NCBI GenBank assembly: GCA_951406725.2
Contig: OX597825.1
Span: forward strand, 1,364,001 to 1,428,000
DNA: 64,000 nt
Origin: Octopus vulgaris
Taxonomy: Eukaryota
Direction: 5' to 3'
The notes below the pieces were generated by a model. That model saw only the letters and a list, made by a program, of their open reading frames with translations. It was not told the origin of the DNA and ran no database searches. Below are positions 1 through 12,566 of the stretch, piece by piece. A program made the translations under genes and the position numbers. How positions within the stretch are numbered: position 1 is the first letter of the stretch; every line of letters starts with the position of its first letter.

Positions 1-1129
1 ATAGGAAATAATTTATGTGAATTTGGTAAAGGAGGGATAGGAATAAACACAACTACAGAAATTTAAATTTGGTTCAGTTTTTCTGATTTCTTAGTATTAT
101 AATAGGTCGATTTGTTAACCATATTAAACATTTCAGCTCTTTACATAATACAAAACCATTTCATTGTGAATATGTATTGATATCTAGAGCAGTAATTTAA
201 TTGGTTGTTTTAATTGAAGCTGATGTTTCTGAAAGTCTGTTACTAAGAAATATATGATATAACAAAACAGGCAGATGATAACTGATAAAAACGTTCCTTA
301 TTGATTAACTTTATCATTTATTTATTTAACAATTATTATTATTATTACTACTACTACTACTACTTTCCACAAACACTTTGATCCTAGGCTCTCAAATATT
401 ATTCAAAACTAATGTTATATATCAGAAACGGTTATTGCTTACACAGATGCAGTATCAACATGTTTGTTTATCCAGCAATACTACTATTACTAGTCAAGTA
501 AATTTAATAACAGAATAATTCAATTGTTATATTTATATTTGATTTAATTATTTGCTGTTTTATTACAGCTCACAACTGCTTGGTTGTTTCCAATAGCTAT
601 CATACAAACCCTTTCCTTACACCCCTTTTCTAATAATGATTTCTAGATTCAATGTAGAAATTTTAGCATTCAAAACATTACCTTTTAACATTTTCCCCTT
701 ACAAAACAATTTTATAATTCCATTTGAATTAAATCCAATTAATGTAGGAACAAACCGTTAACTCTTATATCAAAACAATTTCACATAATTAAATCTCCAA
801 AACTAACCAAAGATTCTAGAACTATGCTTTTCTGTAAGAGCTTTGATTGAAAGAAATATTACCAACACATTTTGAAAACTTCTGATTACAAACTTGTTTG
901 GAAATACAAGCCAGAAATTAAGCCACGAGTCTCCTTCTATTAAAGACATCCTTTTTAATATAATTACCGTAATAACAATTTCTAGCTAAAGATACATAAG
1001 CTATAATTTTTAGCTGTATTTAAATACATGGCTAACCAAATATTTTGTCAGTTCTCATTTCATAAGGTATAAAGACTATGAGGATTAAGGGTTTCTGGGA
1101 CTGTTATGGTATTAATTTTCCCCAAAGAG

Positions 1130-1338
1130 GGAGCTACAATATGTGTGCTCAACCTACAAGAAATAGCAACCAAATCCTATCATACTGTTTCAGAAAAGTG
1201 GAGGACACTTTGGATAATGCAGTCTTAGATGAAATATGCTTGAAAGAAAAACAAAAACATGGGATGGTTACTTCTGGAAGGCTTTTTTTTTTATATATGT
1301 CTGCTTGATCGGGGCTTACTTGGGGGCAACACAGCAAA
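1130..1338 (+). mobile_element. Old dispersed repeat 'family E' (SINE-like, (AAC)n tail); representative of about 20 copies in the window
   Basis: Recurrent motif string GCTAGAAATAGCAGCCAAATC...GGATAATGTAGTC...GGATGGTCATGGCTGGAATG...GGGCTAAACAACAAC. Also at ~3068-3480+, 6795-6990-, 8505-8660+, 18215-18400+, 25160-25350-, 25620-25790-, 32475-32640-, 32810-33370+ (3 copies), 36670-36835+, 48490-48655-, 51180-51460+, 58090-58265-, 60735-60865-, 61150-61305-, 61745-61930-. Confidence 0.7.
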
Positions 1339-1494
1339 ACCAATTTTATAAAAGACTTTAAACTTAGAAATGTGATGAGTATTGCATATTTTCAATTAAT
1401 GAACCATCTAGCTCGATGCTCTACGTATAACTGACAAACTATGTTTATAAACACACACACACACACAGATGCATGTTTGTATGTACCACACAAT

Positions 1495-2260
1495 ACATTC
1501 TCTGAATGATTTTCCAGTGAAATCCAGTGTACAATAGGGCTGTATTCTCTCCTCATCCTCTTCTAAGTTATCATCAACGGGATCATATGTAGACAAACAT
1601 CAGATAGCCAGAACATACAGTGGACACTTATATTTAACCTTTTAAAAGATAATTTTATTTATGTAGATGACTTGGCAGCTGTCACACAACATAGAAACCT
1701 TAAGGAGGAGAAACAAAACTGATCAATTATGAAAAACAGATAGGGCTTAACACCAACACCTTAGAAACAAGCCATGCGCATAAACTCCAACAATCCTGCA
1801 CCTGTCACTGTCATTGGTGAGCCACTAGATTATGGGAAGGATATTATATATCTACAAAGCATTATTAGTAAAGTTAACAGGGCAGAGAAGGACCCCTGAG
1901 TAAGGTTTGCTAAAGCTCAATGAGCATTCATAAGACTGCTGGATTTTGGAATCGAGGTAATTCTCAGAACGAAAATTGGACTCTGTAATGGCAATGCCAA
2001 ACCTGTCTTCATTTATGGCTCAGAATACAAGGATGCTGGTGAATGATGGTGGAAGGTGACAGGAATATGATCGATGCTTTCCACAATGGATGCCTGACGC
2101 ATCCGGTGACCCAGCAAAGTACAAAATGAGGAGGAGCTGCCAATTGCAATAGTATGGTCCTTGATATAAGACATTGGCAGCTCATATCATTCGACTATAT
2201 ATGCAGAATGGACAAGGATAGGATGTGAAAGACAGAATTAAGAAGGACACTGGCTGGAAA
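1495..2260 (+). pseudogene. Decayed non-LTR retrotransposon (RTE-like) reverse transcriptase fragment
   Basis: Plus-strand translation gives RT motifs broken by stops and frameshifts: FPVKSSVQ*GCILS (QGCILSP motif), YVDDLAA at 1660-1680 (YADD), PVTVIGEPLDYGKDIIYLQSIISK, PVFIYGSE and DAFHNGCL. Confidence 0.85.
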
Positions 2261-2436
2261 GTTAAGCCATGAATGGACAATGAATGCATAGCACTGGACA
2301 AGCTGATCTGAGCTAAACAATAATAACTCCTCATTGTTTAAAGAGAAATTTTTTCAAACAGTTATAAACTCAATCACCAGAATCCAACTTTTGTTATATT
2401 ATAGTTTATGAAATGTAATAGTTTTTGAGGCTTGCA

Positions 2437-2598
2437 GGCAGATCATGGCTGCGGGGTTAAGAAGCTTGCTTTGTAACTACAGACTACGGGGATCCTTCCA
2501 CTGCATGACACCTTGGGCAAGTGTCTTCTACTATAATCCCTGGTTGACCAATGTCTTGTGAATAAATTCAATGGATGAAAACTGCATAAAAGCCTGTA

Positions 2599-2643
<45 letters not shown>

Positions 2644-2857
2644 CATGTGTGCGTGCGTACAGGCTTGAATGTTGTTATGCTTGTTCCCTACCATGCTTGA
2701 CAACTGGTGTTGGTTTGCTTATATTCCTTTCACTTGTAGATTGATAAAGGAGATCAGTAGTATAAATACTGGGCTCAATATATTTGACTGAACCCTTAAA
2801 AGGTTGTGCTTCAGCAAGGCTGCAGTCCAATGAGAGAAATGAGTAAAAGAGAAAAGA
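2437..2857 (+). mobile_element. tRNA-derived SINE, family A
   Basis: Degenerate tRNA-like head, CACCTTGGGCAAGTGTCTTCTACTATA core, internal (GT)n and tail ending AGTAAAAGAG; homologous to 13135-13564. Confidence 0.85.
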
Positions 2858-3067
2858 TAACCAGGCTCTTGGGTAGCAGTGTGAGGATAACTTCCTTGCA
2901 CTCTCCCATAATGAAAACCCTGAACAGGGTCACAAAGGGCTGTTCTTTCTCCTCTGACCAAGTTATACCTAACTAAGCCACTAAAATAAAGAAAGAAAAT
3001 GCATCAAGTCAACATATATAATTGTTCATAATTCAGAGAGGAAAACGCAAATCAATGATGACAGAAA

Positions 3068-3343
3068 TATGTGGTCACACTGACCAGCTAGAAACAGTAA
3101 CCTAATCTCCTTTAAATCAAATTATGTGGTCACACTGACCAGCTAGAAACAGTAACCTAATCTCCTTTAAATCAAATTATGTGGTCACACTGACCAGCTA
3201 GAAACAGTAACCTAATCTCCTTTAAATCAAATTATGTGGTCACACTGACCAGCTAGAAACAGTAACCTAATCTCCTTTAAATCAAATTATGTGGTCACAC
3301 TGACCAGCTAGAAACAGTAATCTAATCTCCTTTAAATCAAATT
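3068..3343. repeat. 55-bp tandem repeat, 5 near-identical copies
   Basis: GTGGTCACACTGACCAGCTAG... recurs at 3071, 3126, 3181, 3236 and 3291 (period 55). Confidence 0.97.
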
Positions 3344-5149
3344 TCACTATATTAAGCAAAGGAAAAAATTGAATAGGTAGTCCTAGATATCTCCCAAATG
3401 AAAGGTTGGCCTTGGTTAGACTGCTGTTGACCAGAGGTTTGTTTGTTCAATAACAATTGGACTGGAACTAAATAACAATAATGTAAGCTTTCGAGAATTC
3501 CATAGAAATAAAATTTCTTAAAACACTATTTCAATATGACATAACGATAGCATTGTTATGTTCTATGAAGAAATGAGGAATGACAAAAGCAATTACATTG
3601 ATGAGATAACTTCATTCTACAAAGTATAGATTATAACCAGAAGAGTTCACATGAGAGTTCCATGAAGCTGTTAAAATACTTGCCTACAGCAGAAGTGATA
3701 ATAGCATCTCTCTCTCTGCACCCTCCTCTTTGACAACAGAAAAAGCCTGAAACTCTTCCCTCCTTACAGAATTTCAACATAACAACCTCTCCTATAAACT
3801 CTACTACTCACTAATTTTTACTGATACTGGCCATCACAAGTTTCCCCAAATTCCAGATTCTTCCACGAAATTATACCTGTAGCTTGATTTTAAAGTCACT
3901 TTCTTAACAGACCAATGGACAATATTTTATAGATAGTTGCATCATGATTAAAGTCACTCTGACCCTTTAACAGCTAAATACACAGTTACGTTATTTCATT
4001 TACTTCTAACCTTCAGAGGAACAATGACAGAATTAACAACAAACTGGCAGATGAAATGCATTATAGTATTGAATTACAGAATTTCCCATTTTCAGATTTA
4101 CCAAGGTAAACTCTCTCTTTAATCTTTCCGGGTGTCAATAAGTGCTGGTTGTCATCTACATCAATTGAGTAAACCAGTTATCAGTGAATGTTCCGGCTAC
4201 AATCAGTGCATCGTTTTGTCGATCTCTGGCTACATTGTCTAATATTTCAAAAGGTTTTAGTTGCCAGACGAGTAATTTGATCTGAGGCTGCTGAGTGTTG
4301 AAACTAAAACAATTGCAACACTAAAGACACATGATGCAAATATGTACAAAGGCCATTAACTTCACTTCATCATTTATTAATTGTTTTAAGTTTTTTAATG
4401 GTTAGCATGCATCTTCCATGCTGCAATTGATTGTCCAATATCTCTATCTGCTTTTTGTTTTTTTTAAGATGGTAGAGTGTTATTTGAGGGTAATTTGTTG
4501 CTATATCTAACAGGTAGACTGCATAGAAGCTCTCTAGTTGACTGGACAGCAATACTGTAGTTGATATAATCAACCACAACTTTTCCTTAAATGTGTGTGA
4601 CTTTGTGCTTATGTTAAAATTAATTATTTCCAGCAGCATATGATATTGAGTATGAATGTCCATTGTCAAACTTTTAAGACTGGGTCACTGATATTCCATT
4701 TCACTTGTCTGATTTTCAATTATTTTAGTTGGTATAATTCCGTATTAGACTGTTTTCCATAATTTCTTTTGTTAATATCTATTGTATTATGTATGATTTA
4801 CATATTTATGTAAATATCTTTAACATATAAATAAGTCTCTCTCTGAATTCAATTAGGAAAACAATTTTAAGTAAATCTTACTTGATATTTAAAACTGATA
4901 ACATTTCAGCTTTCTTTGCTGTTTTATTCATGCCCCTCCCCAACTTACTCAGCCCCACAATTTCCAATTCTAATGCCTCTTCTGCCTCATAACAAGGATT
5001 CAGCTTCATTACAACTTGTACCCTCCCTCCCCACTGACCACTCTCTTCAATGGAGACATCTTAACAGAGTGAAAGCTAATTAAAATATCTAGGACCACAC
5101 TCCCTCCTTGCATCAAGAGAGACAACTTTGTAGTGATAGTGAAGGTGAC

Positions 5150-5680
5150 GCATTTAGGAAAATGGGAACCCAAACAAATACAAAAGTTTATGGAAAGGAT
5201 ACTGAACTAACAGCACCGAAGAGATTTGGACTCTGGAAGCTGCAGGGAGGGAAACCCAACGAAGATAGCAGCAATTCTTAATATGGCCCCTTTTGTGCAA
5301 ATGATGGGCCAAATTCATACAGTAAAGTGGATGGTGCCCAGAAGGATATCCAGCCAATAATGTGGTGCCCAAAACCATGACAGTCATGAAGACAACAAAA
5401 TGCCATAATTACCTACCCACGACTGACACATGTTGTGTTAGCCCTATATGTGGATGCACGAAATGGGGGGGTAGAGAGGTCAGGTGGAAGTATGTGGTCA
5501 TGTGGGAGAAATCCTCTAGCACCATCAAATGATTGCATCAACTCTCTTTTCAATGCAGAAAACAGACATCAAAGAATCTGCCAGCCATCCTGGCAAGTGC
5601 AACAACACCTCAGGTGTTGACACTAATGATGTTGGCACAATAAAAAGTATAACTGAAGAAATAGTTGAGACGTATAGATG
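5150..5680 (+). mobile_element. Probable decayed RTE LINE 5' region with start of the AP-endonuclease
   Basis: GC-richer block containing a degenerate AAGGGCATCCAGC-like motif, and the peptide GVDTNDVGTIKSITEEIVET, which resembles the RTE APE N-terminus (RVGTxNVGTxxGxxxEIVE). Confidence 0.45.
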
Positions 5681-6044
5681 CATGATGTATAAAAGAGATA
5701 AAATAGAAGGGATCTTAGCTATACACACTCCTCCTCAGAAACAAGGAACACAACCATTATTGTTTTGATGTTTGCTTTTCCATGTTTATGGACAAAAGTT
5801 ACTGAGGCAGATTTTCTACAGCCAAATGCTTTTCCTGCCATTAACTTTCACCTGTTTCCAAACAACACATATGACCAGACACATTTTTTCAGAGTATTCA
5901 AAAGGTATGACACTGTCTGTATAACAATGAAACACTCGTTTACAACTATCACATGAGATCAAGACGAGAAGAAAAACATACATATACCATCACACACACG
6001 ACACATGTATGCATATATAGGCCACACACACACTCACACATGAT

Positions 6045-6180
6045 AGGATTCTTTTAGGCTACCAAATCCACTCACCAGGCTTTGGTAGACCTTGGGACTA
6101 TAGCAGAAGACCCTTGCTCAAGGTGCCAAGCAGTGAGTCTGAACCTGAAACTAAGTGGTTGAGAAGTAAACTTCTTGGAT
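6045..6180 (-). mobile_element. SINE family A head fragment
   Basis: Reverse complement of the family A head and core (CAAATCCACTCAC...TATAGCAGAAGAC...AAGGTGCCA). Confidence 0.8.
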
Positions 6181-6615
6181 GCTTAATAGCACTAAGGTAG
6201 GTGAAGGAGGTGTATTGTTATATTGTTGGCAGAGAAATGGATAACTGAGAGAGTAAGAGTCTGTAATTAAGCTTACACTCATCAGAGGCAACGAGGCAGA
6301 GATTTATACAGAAGCAACCAAAACAACTGATTCAGTTACTTTTGCAAAAAGACCTTTTGTCAGTGAATAGCAAGTATTGTTGATGACAATGACTGTAATA
6401 CTTGGTTCAAACTTATTCCATCAATTACAGGAAGACTTGAGCTCAGAATGTAGAGAAAAGTAACACAGTGGATCAAAAGTATATGATCCACTGCTGTACA
6501 AATACTATCAATCTATCACCCTAAAAAATCCCAGGTGTTGGTAAGTTCATGTATCAAACCCAAAATACCACTTACATGCAAAGTGAGTGCCCTGAGCTTA
6601 TCACAAATCTAAGCA

Positions 6616-6656
<41 letters not shown>

Positions 6657-8111
6657 TGTGTGTGTTTATGTATATATATACAGAACTACGAAAAGAGAAA
6701 CATTGCACTGTTAAAGATTATTTGTTTCACACACGATATTGAAATAATGTGGATTTAATCATATTTCTAGGTAATCTGATATCAGGAAGATGTCACTAAG
6801 ACCCACAACACCACTCTCTTTTGAAAACTCAAGGATTGCATGGAGCTCCCCTGGTTGGCCCTGATTTAGTAGGCCTATGATCAAACGCTTTCCAGCTATG
6901 AACTTCTTGCTCTTCTTTTTCTTCAGATATGACAGGCTGTGATTCATGGGAAATTTGGCAGTTGTTTTCAGCAGATCAAAGGACTACATGATTTCTGAGA
7001 GTCTGAATTAGAAAAATCTCATTTAAAATCAGTTAATAGAGTCCTGTCTTCAAATTTTATTGCCAGTGTCAAAGAAATTATGGTACGACCACATCTTGAA
7101 ATATAAAAACAAAAGAAAGAAGAAAACCTGTTCTTGAATATTTTATCTTTCTCAATCAGAAATCTATTTTCAATTTATCATTTATTTGTAAATTGGTTGA
7201 TTAAATAAACAAATCTCTCCTAATGACCTACATGCTGATAATTAATCTGATTAAGAACATCATCACAACAGTGAAACATTTCTGATACGCTTTAAAGACA
7301 AAATGATTTCCCCTGATGCCAAACATTAAATAATTCTTCTGATATTCTTGCGTTTGATATTTTCTATAAGCATAAACAGAGTTACATCAAACCCAAGTTG
7401 ATGGAGTATCAATCTAGAAGACACTGGCAGCCTTCTTCTACTCACTTTCTTCAACCGGAATCCTCTGCTTGCTCCTACTGTTATTGAAACACCTGTTCTT
7501 TTCTTCAGAACATCACCATCAAACACAGTTGCAAGACCCCTTTTTATGTCATGGCTTATTTCACTTGTACCTCAAAAAGAATTTTAAAATGTCTTTTACA
7601 ATATCAAATGCTAATTCTTTGGTTTATAAAGAGGAAACTGGTTAGAGACTCACCAATTGTTTCAGAGAAGATTTGTTAGCTTTCCAATGAAATAGTACTG
7701 AATCTCTCAAACCTTTCAAATGCCATTTCAGTTCTGCAGGCTCCCACCTTCATCTTACTTTTTTGTTGTCTGCTACAACTCTACAACATTCCAATTTATC
7801 ACCTTTGCTGTTCATCTTTTGCTTGGAAACAGCCTCTCCATCTGTTACCATTAACCAACTTACTTTCTTCAACCTTCACGCAATGCACCAAAAACATGCA
7901 CACATGCACTTCCTTTCGCCCCATTGCCACTCATCTACCCATACCTATGGACATGTGATACACTGTTCCTGCTACCCACGTATTGTTATGCCTCACTCAA
8001 GCATTAATTACACCTTAAATCTTTTCTGTCAAGTCACATCAGTCTTCAATTGTCATTATTGCAGTCACCCAACATCTCTTGCACATCTAATTATCTTCTC
8101 TCTCTCTGCAC

Positions 8112-8128
8112 ACATGCACATGCACACA

Positions 8129-8172
<44 letters not shown>
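8112..8172. repeat. (CA)n microsatellite
   Basis: Direct reading. Confidence 0.95.
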
Positions 8173-8174
<2 letters not shown>

Positions 8175-10071
8175 AACAACAACTTCTCTCATGCTTAGTC
8201 CATTCAGTGTATGTCTAGTGTGTACTTTTCTATTTTTGCTTGCTCTTCTCTCCTGAATACTACCAACCTTTGCTTACTCCCTGTCAGGTATTGTCATTTA
8301 CACAAAGACCTTCCATTTAATTCCCTCCCCCCTCCTCTTCTCCTTTCATCTATTATGATAGAAGATAAAGTGTCTGAAGCATCCATACCTCCCTCTTCCC
8401 TTTACAGTGGAGTACATCATCTGTGGACTCCCATTCCTCTGTTTTTATTCTATTATCACCAATACTTTCGCTGGATATGCAAAGGGGTCATAAATCAATA
8501 ACACAGCTTCTTTGTGGCCACTTGACTTGCTAGAAATAGCACCAAAATTGTCATCAAATCACATCATCTTAAAAAAGGAAATGAAATATTGGATAATACA
8601 ATTCCAGACAGTTCTAAATAGGTGGGGTGGTCACAACTGGAGTAACGCTGGCCAAGAGTTTGTAGATTGTTGCAAAAGTCTTATTGAAACCCTTGGTCAT
8701 ATTTTAGATATCTCGAGCATTCTGTTGTAATGCTAAATCAAATATAAATTAATGGCAGTCGTTTAACTGTGGCAATACTAGGGTATCATCTTCAATAATA
8801 AAGTTTGTACATCAGCCACAATACTGACTTTTATTGGTTGTTACTTATTTTATTGGTCTCAGAAGGATAAAAGACAAAATGGATCTGGAGAGACTTTGGA
8901 TATGAAATGAAAGTGATGCTACTAAATAAAATAAGGTATTTTGTATGACCGTCTCCCAACTCTACCATCCACCTGCCATATGTCTTATATTCGATGAAAA
9001 TACACAGGAAAGCGTCAACAACTGCTGTGTGAAACTTCTTCAAGTATCAAAATTAGCAGACAGCCAATATTATGAATCAATCAATTAATATTTTCCTTTA
9101 TCTCAAGTAAACATGATAAACACATCTAATTCATCAATGTTTCCTAATCTCCTAATCATAGGAATTCATCAATGATTAATTAGCCAAATTAACTTCTGAG
9201 AAACACACACACACACACCCATATATATATCTACACCTGTGTCTTCTGCAATGGCTTCGGTAGCTTAGTTCTGCTGCATGTTGTAAAATGCTTGTCAGTA
9301 CTGCAGCTATGCATTACAACTTCTGTCCACTGCAGGGAAATGCATCTTTGCACAGCATCTATTTAGTGTGAGATAGTAAGGTGTCTTGCAAAGGAAACTA
9401 AGCAGGACTAGAACCAACTAAGCAGGCTAATGGTTCATAGGTATGAGCTACCATCCTGTTGAATGGCAAAGCAGAAATCAATTGATGCCCACTGAGAATT
9501 TGTTCACGAGAATTCTCTATTTCTTTAGCCATTCTAAGATTTTGTAGTTAGGGTAAGATCATGGTTTGCTGATGAAGTTTTGTAAGACAAACAAAGGTAG
9601 AGAGAGGTCATCATATTTCTAAAGATCAAGTTCGTGTTGCCAACTGTACTTCATATTTAATTGATTACAACTAATTAAAATTTGCTGGTTTTCTCCCTTG
9701 TCTTTCTTGAGCAGAATTAGTCATTTAAATAATGATTTGTTCTCACCACTAAGAGTGTAATTTGAATTAATTGGAATTTCTTGGCTTTCCTATAACAAGT
9801 ATGCTTCCACTGTCACTATTTAGTCTATTGATTTGACCTGTTTAAGTTCAAATCCAAAATTTCAAATGTTGAATATTGATCAGAGAATAATATTTGAAAA
9901 TCTGCATCAGTCCATCAACATCTGCTTTTGTTTACCCCTCTTGCTCAATCTTTATGCTCAATCATTATGTTTAGTGGAACATAGTGTTCTAACAACATTT
10001 AGGGGTACATTACTGGTTATGGCATTTAACTGATCAGAATGTTACCATTAGTTTCATGTTGAATATTTAAA

Positions 10072-10143
10072 CTGGGTAATATTGACAACCTTTTGGACAC
10101 ACTGGCATGTGGTCAGTGTGTCTGAAAAGTCAATATTGCCTGG
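10072..10143 (+). ncRNA. Candidate structured RNA or pre-miRNA-like hairpin 1
   Basis: 15-bp plus 16-bp stems with one asymmetric internal loop and a 5-nt terminal loop; all 6 non-Watson-Crick pairs are G-U on the plus strand. Confidence 0.35.
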
Positions 10144-10780
10144 ATGCAATAGTGAGTGCAGATCTGACCGATTATATGCCATATTCAGAAATATGCTGCA
10201 ACAAAACATAAAAATATAAGCATTCCATTAATCACTTTGAGTTGATTTTTTTCGCCAACTGACGGACAACTAACTGATATCCAGTATGGGAAGTAGCAGT
10301 TAAATAATGAATATATATATAGATATATATTATTTCAGGAATGCCCCAAATCATAAGAAGAGACTTTAAGAGAAAATATCAAACACATTCTTAAATACAC
10401 ACAGAATATGAGAACAAATTGTCTTAATTTCTACTTCCCAATTTTTTATTTTTATTTCATAGTATTTGAATTCAAATTTTGAATACTTGATGAGATGTCC
10501 ATGCACATCAAAACCATTAATATTTTATAAAAGTCACTCAATGAAACAAATATAAAAATACTATCCTTTTTTTGTTTCTGCTTTTGCAGATTCCCATGTT
10601 ACCATTATTATGAATTTGAACTGGGAGCTTGAGTCAGAGTGAATCTTTTATCAGCTGATTACACAACCATGGATGCCATCCCTATGGATGTGTTGCAGTT
10701 ACTCTCATCAATGGGAAAAGTACCGTTGGCTCAGTTGAGCTCTTCCGCTTCCTCTTCACAATCCCCTGTGCTGTGGTGCC

Positions 10781-10848
10781 ATGACTTTGCTGTACCCTGG
10801 CAGAGTGGCTGAATGAGTGTTATGCTCTGCCAGGGAACAGCCTGTTAT
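10781..10848 (+). ncRNA. Candidate pre-miRNA-like hairpin 2
   Basis: GCTGT-A-CCCTGGCAGAG pairs with CTCTGCCAGGG-A-ACAGC, with a basal ATGAC/GTTAT extension. Confidence 0.35.
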
Positions 10849-10894
10849 CTCTCTGCAACGTATTTTCAAAATACCTGCAGGAATTGCTATATGT

Positions 10895-11054
10895 ACAGGA
10901 GTGGCTGTGTGGTAAATAGTTTGCTTACCAGCTTCATGGTTCTGGGTTCAGTTCCACTGCATGGTAACTTGGGCAAGTGTCTTCTATTATAGCCTTGGGC
11001 TGACCAAAGCCTTCTGAATGGATTTGGTAAATGGAAACTGAAAAAAGTCCATCG

Positions 11055-11095
<41 letters not shown>

Positions 11096-11270
11096 ATTTT
11101 GTCCTCCACCATTGCTTGACAAGTTACGTTCCTGTAACTTAGCAGTTTGGCAAAAGAGTCTGATAGGATAATTACAGGCTTACAAAGAATAAGTCCTGTG
11201 GTCAATTTGTTCGATTGAAGGTGGAGCTCCAGCATGGCCACAGTCAAGTGACTGAAACTAATAAAAGAAC
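10895..11270 (+). mobile_element. tRNA-derived SINE, family A
   Basis: GGAGTGGCTGTGTGGTAA head, GGTTCAGTTCC B-box-like motif, TTGGGCAAGTG core, (GT)n and A1 tail. Confidence 0.9.
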
Positions 11271-12193
11271 ACTAAAAAATACCTATCCTGTCTGATTAAA
11301 GAAAAAAAATAAAAAGAATCTTTAAACATACCTGTATGCAGTTTCCACCTGTACTTTGCATGGATTCTTAACCTCTTTTCAATCACACACACACACACAC
11401 ACACACACATCTAGCTATCTAATGATTTATCAATGAATTTATATATGCTTATCTATCTATCTATCTCTCTATGCTAGCATGGAAAACGGACGTTAAACGA
11501 TGATGATATATATATATATGTATATATTACAATCTTACATACACACAAGCACACACACACACACACACACGTACATATAGTGTCTTATCTTGTTATGCTC
11601 CAAGATTTTACAAAGCTCTCTTCAAGGACCTTTGATTACATGTATTTTTTTTCATTTCCTAGATTCAGTTATATATTGTGCCCCTATCTCATGCACAGCT
11701 TTCTAAAGTATAATCCTCATCTTCGTTTAATGCCTGCCTCCCATGCTGGCATGGGTAATCAATTATACATTTTAGCAACCTCAGAAATACAAAAAATAAA
11801 GTTGTGCATCAGATACTAAGCTTAAAACAATGGAATTCAAAATGAATTTGTGTGAGATTTGAAATTAGGTTGGAAATGTCTGTCACTAAATCGTCCAGTT
11901 TGAGCTTTGAAACCTGTTGCTGCTAAATATGTTAATCAACAATTTCTACTCCACTTTGGAAACCAATAATATCATTCATCATACTTTGATGCAATTTAAC
12001 CAATAAATTCATTTTTCTTCAAATGGCTGTCATATTTTGCCATCTCTAAACTGAAGCAGTTGTAACAGTCTGAATATAATTCATGTATTTATTTCCTCGT
12101 TCCTATTGTGAATTTATACGATTTACACTTTAAGGTGTCAATTCATTTAAATGTGTTAAATGTCATCACTTAAATGATATTAAATCTATCTTC

Positions 12194-12243
<50 letters not shown>

Positions 12244-12308
12244 ATGTTCCTAATATCAAAAGTTGACAGTCTAGTCAGAGGTTTCACCCCAGGCTGGGCC
12301 ATTCAGTA

Positions 12309-12339
<31 letters not shown>

Positions 12340-12344
12340 GTCAT

Positions 12345-12505
12345 CCTCATCATCATCATCATTGAATGACTGCTTTCCGTACTGGCATAGGCTGGACAGT
12401 TTGCCATGAGCTGGCTAGGCAAAAGACTGCACCAGATTTTGCTGTCTGTTTTAGCGTGGTGTTTACAGCTGGATACCCTCCATAATACTAACCACCCCAC
12501 AGAAT
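12345..12505 (-). mobile_element. SINE family C / RTE-type tail ending in (GAT)n
   Basis: (CAT)n...TTTCC...TTTACAGCTGGATACCCT. Homologous copies at 15040-15230, 16500-16690, 18553-18690 and 29565-29725 (all minus), and 35090-35320 (plus). Confidence 0.75.
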
Positions 12506-12506
12506 C

Positions 12507-12510
<4 letters not shown>

Positions 12511-12563
<53 letters not shown>
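12511..12563. repeat. (TA)n microsatellite
   Basis: Direct reading. Confidence 0.95.

Positions 12564-12564
<1 letters not shown>

Positions 12565-12566
<2 letters not shown>

Noticed and set aside
1408-1596. Minus-strand ORF MSTYDPVDDNLEEDEERIQ... looks protein-like
   Set aside because: It is the antisense of the decayed LINE RT on the plus strand.
3068-3343. Regular repeats as a CRISPR array
   Set aside because: Head-to-tail identical units with no unique spacers, in a eukaryotic context with no cas genes.
4156-4303. Possible minus-strand terminal exon (FNTQQPQIKLLVWQLKPFEILDNVARD...LM*)
   Set aside because: Short acceptor, no recognisable homology and no supporting neighbouring exons.
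4370-4669. 99-aa minus-strand ORF
   Set aside because: No ATG start, no domain and AT-rich composition; consistent with chance.
10630-10815. Selenoprotein reading (in-frame TGA plus downstream hairpin as SECIS)
   Set aside because: The hairpin lacks the SECIS apical AA and GA-quartet geometry, and it overlaps the would-be coding frame.
10793-10815. miR-10 orthologue
   Set aside because: Only the first 7 nt (TACCCTG) match; the rest differs from miR-10.
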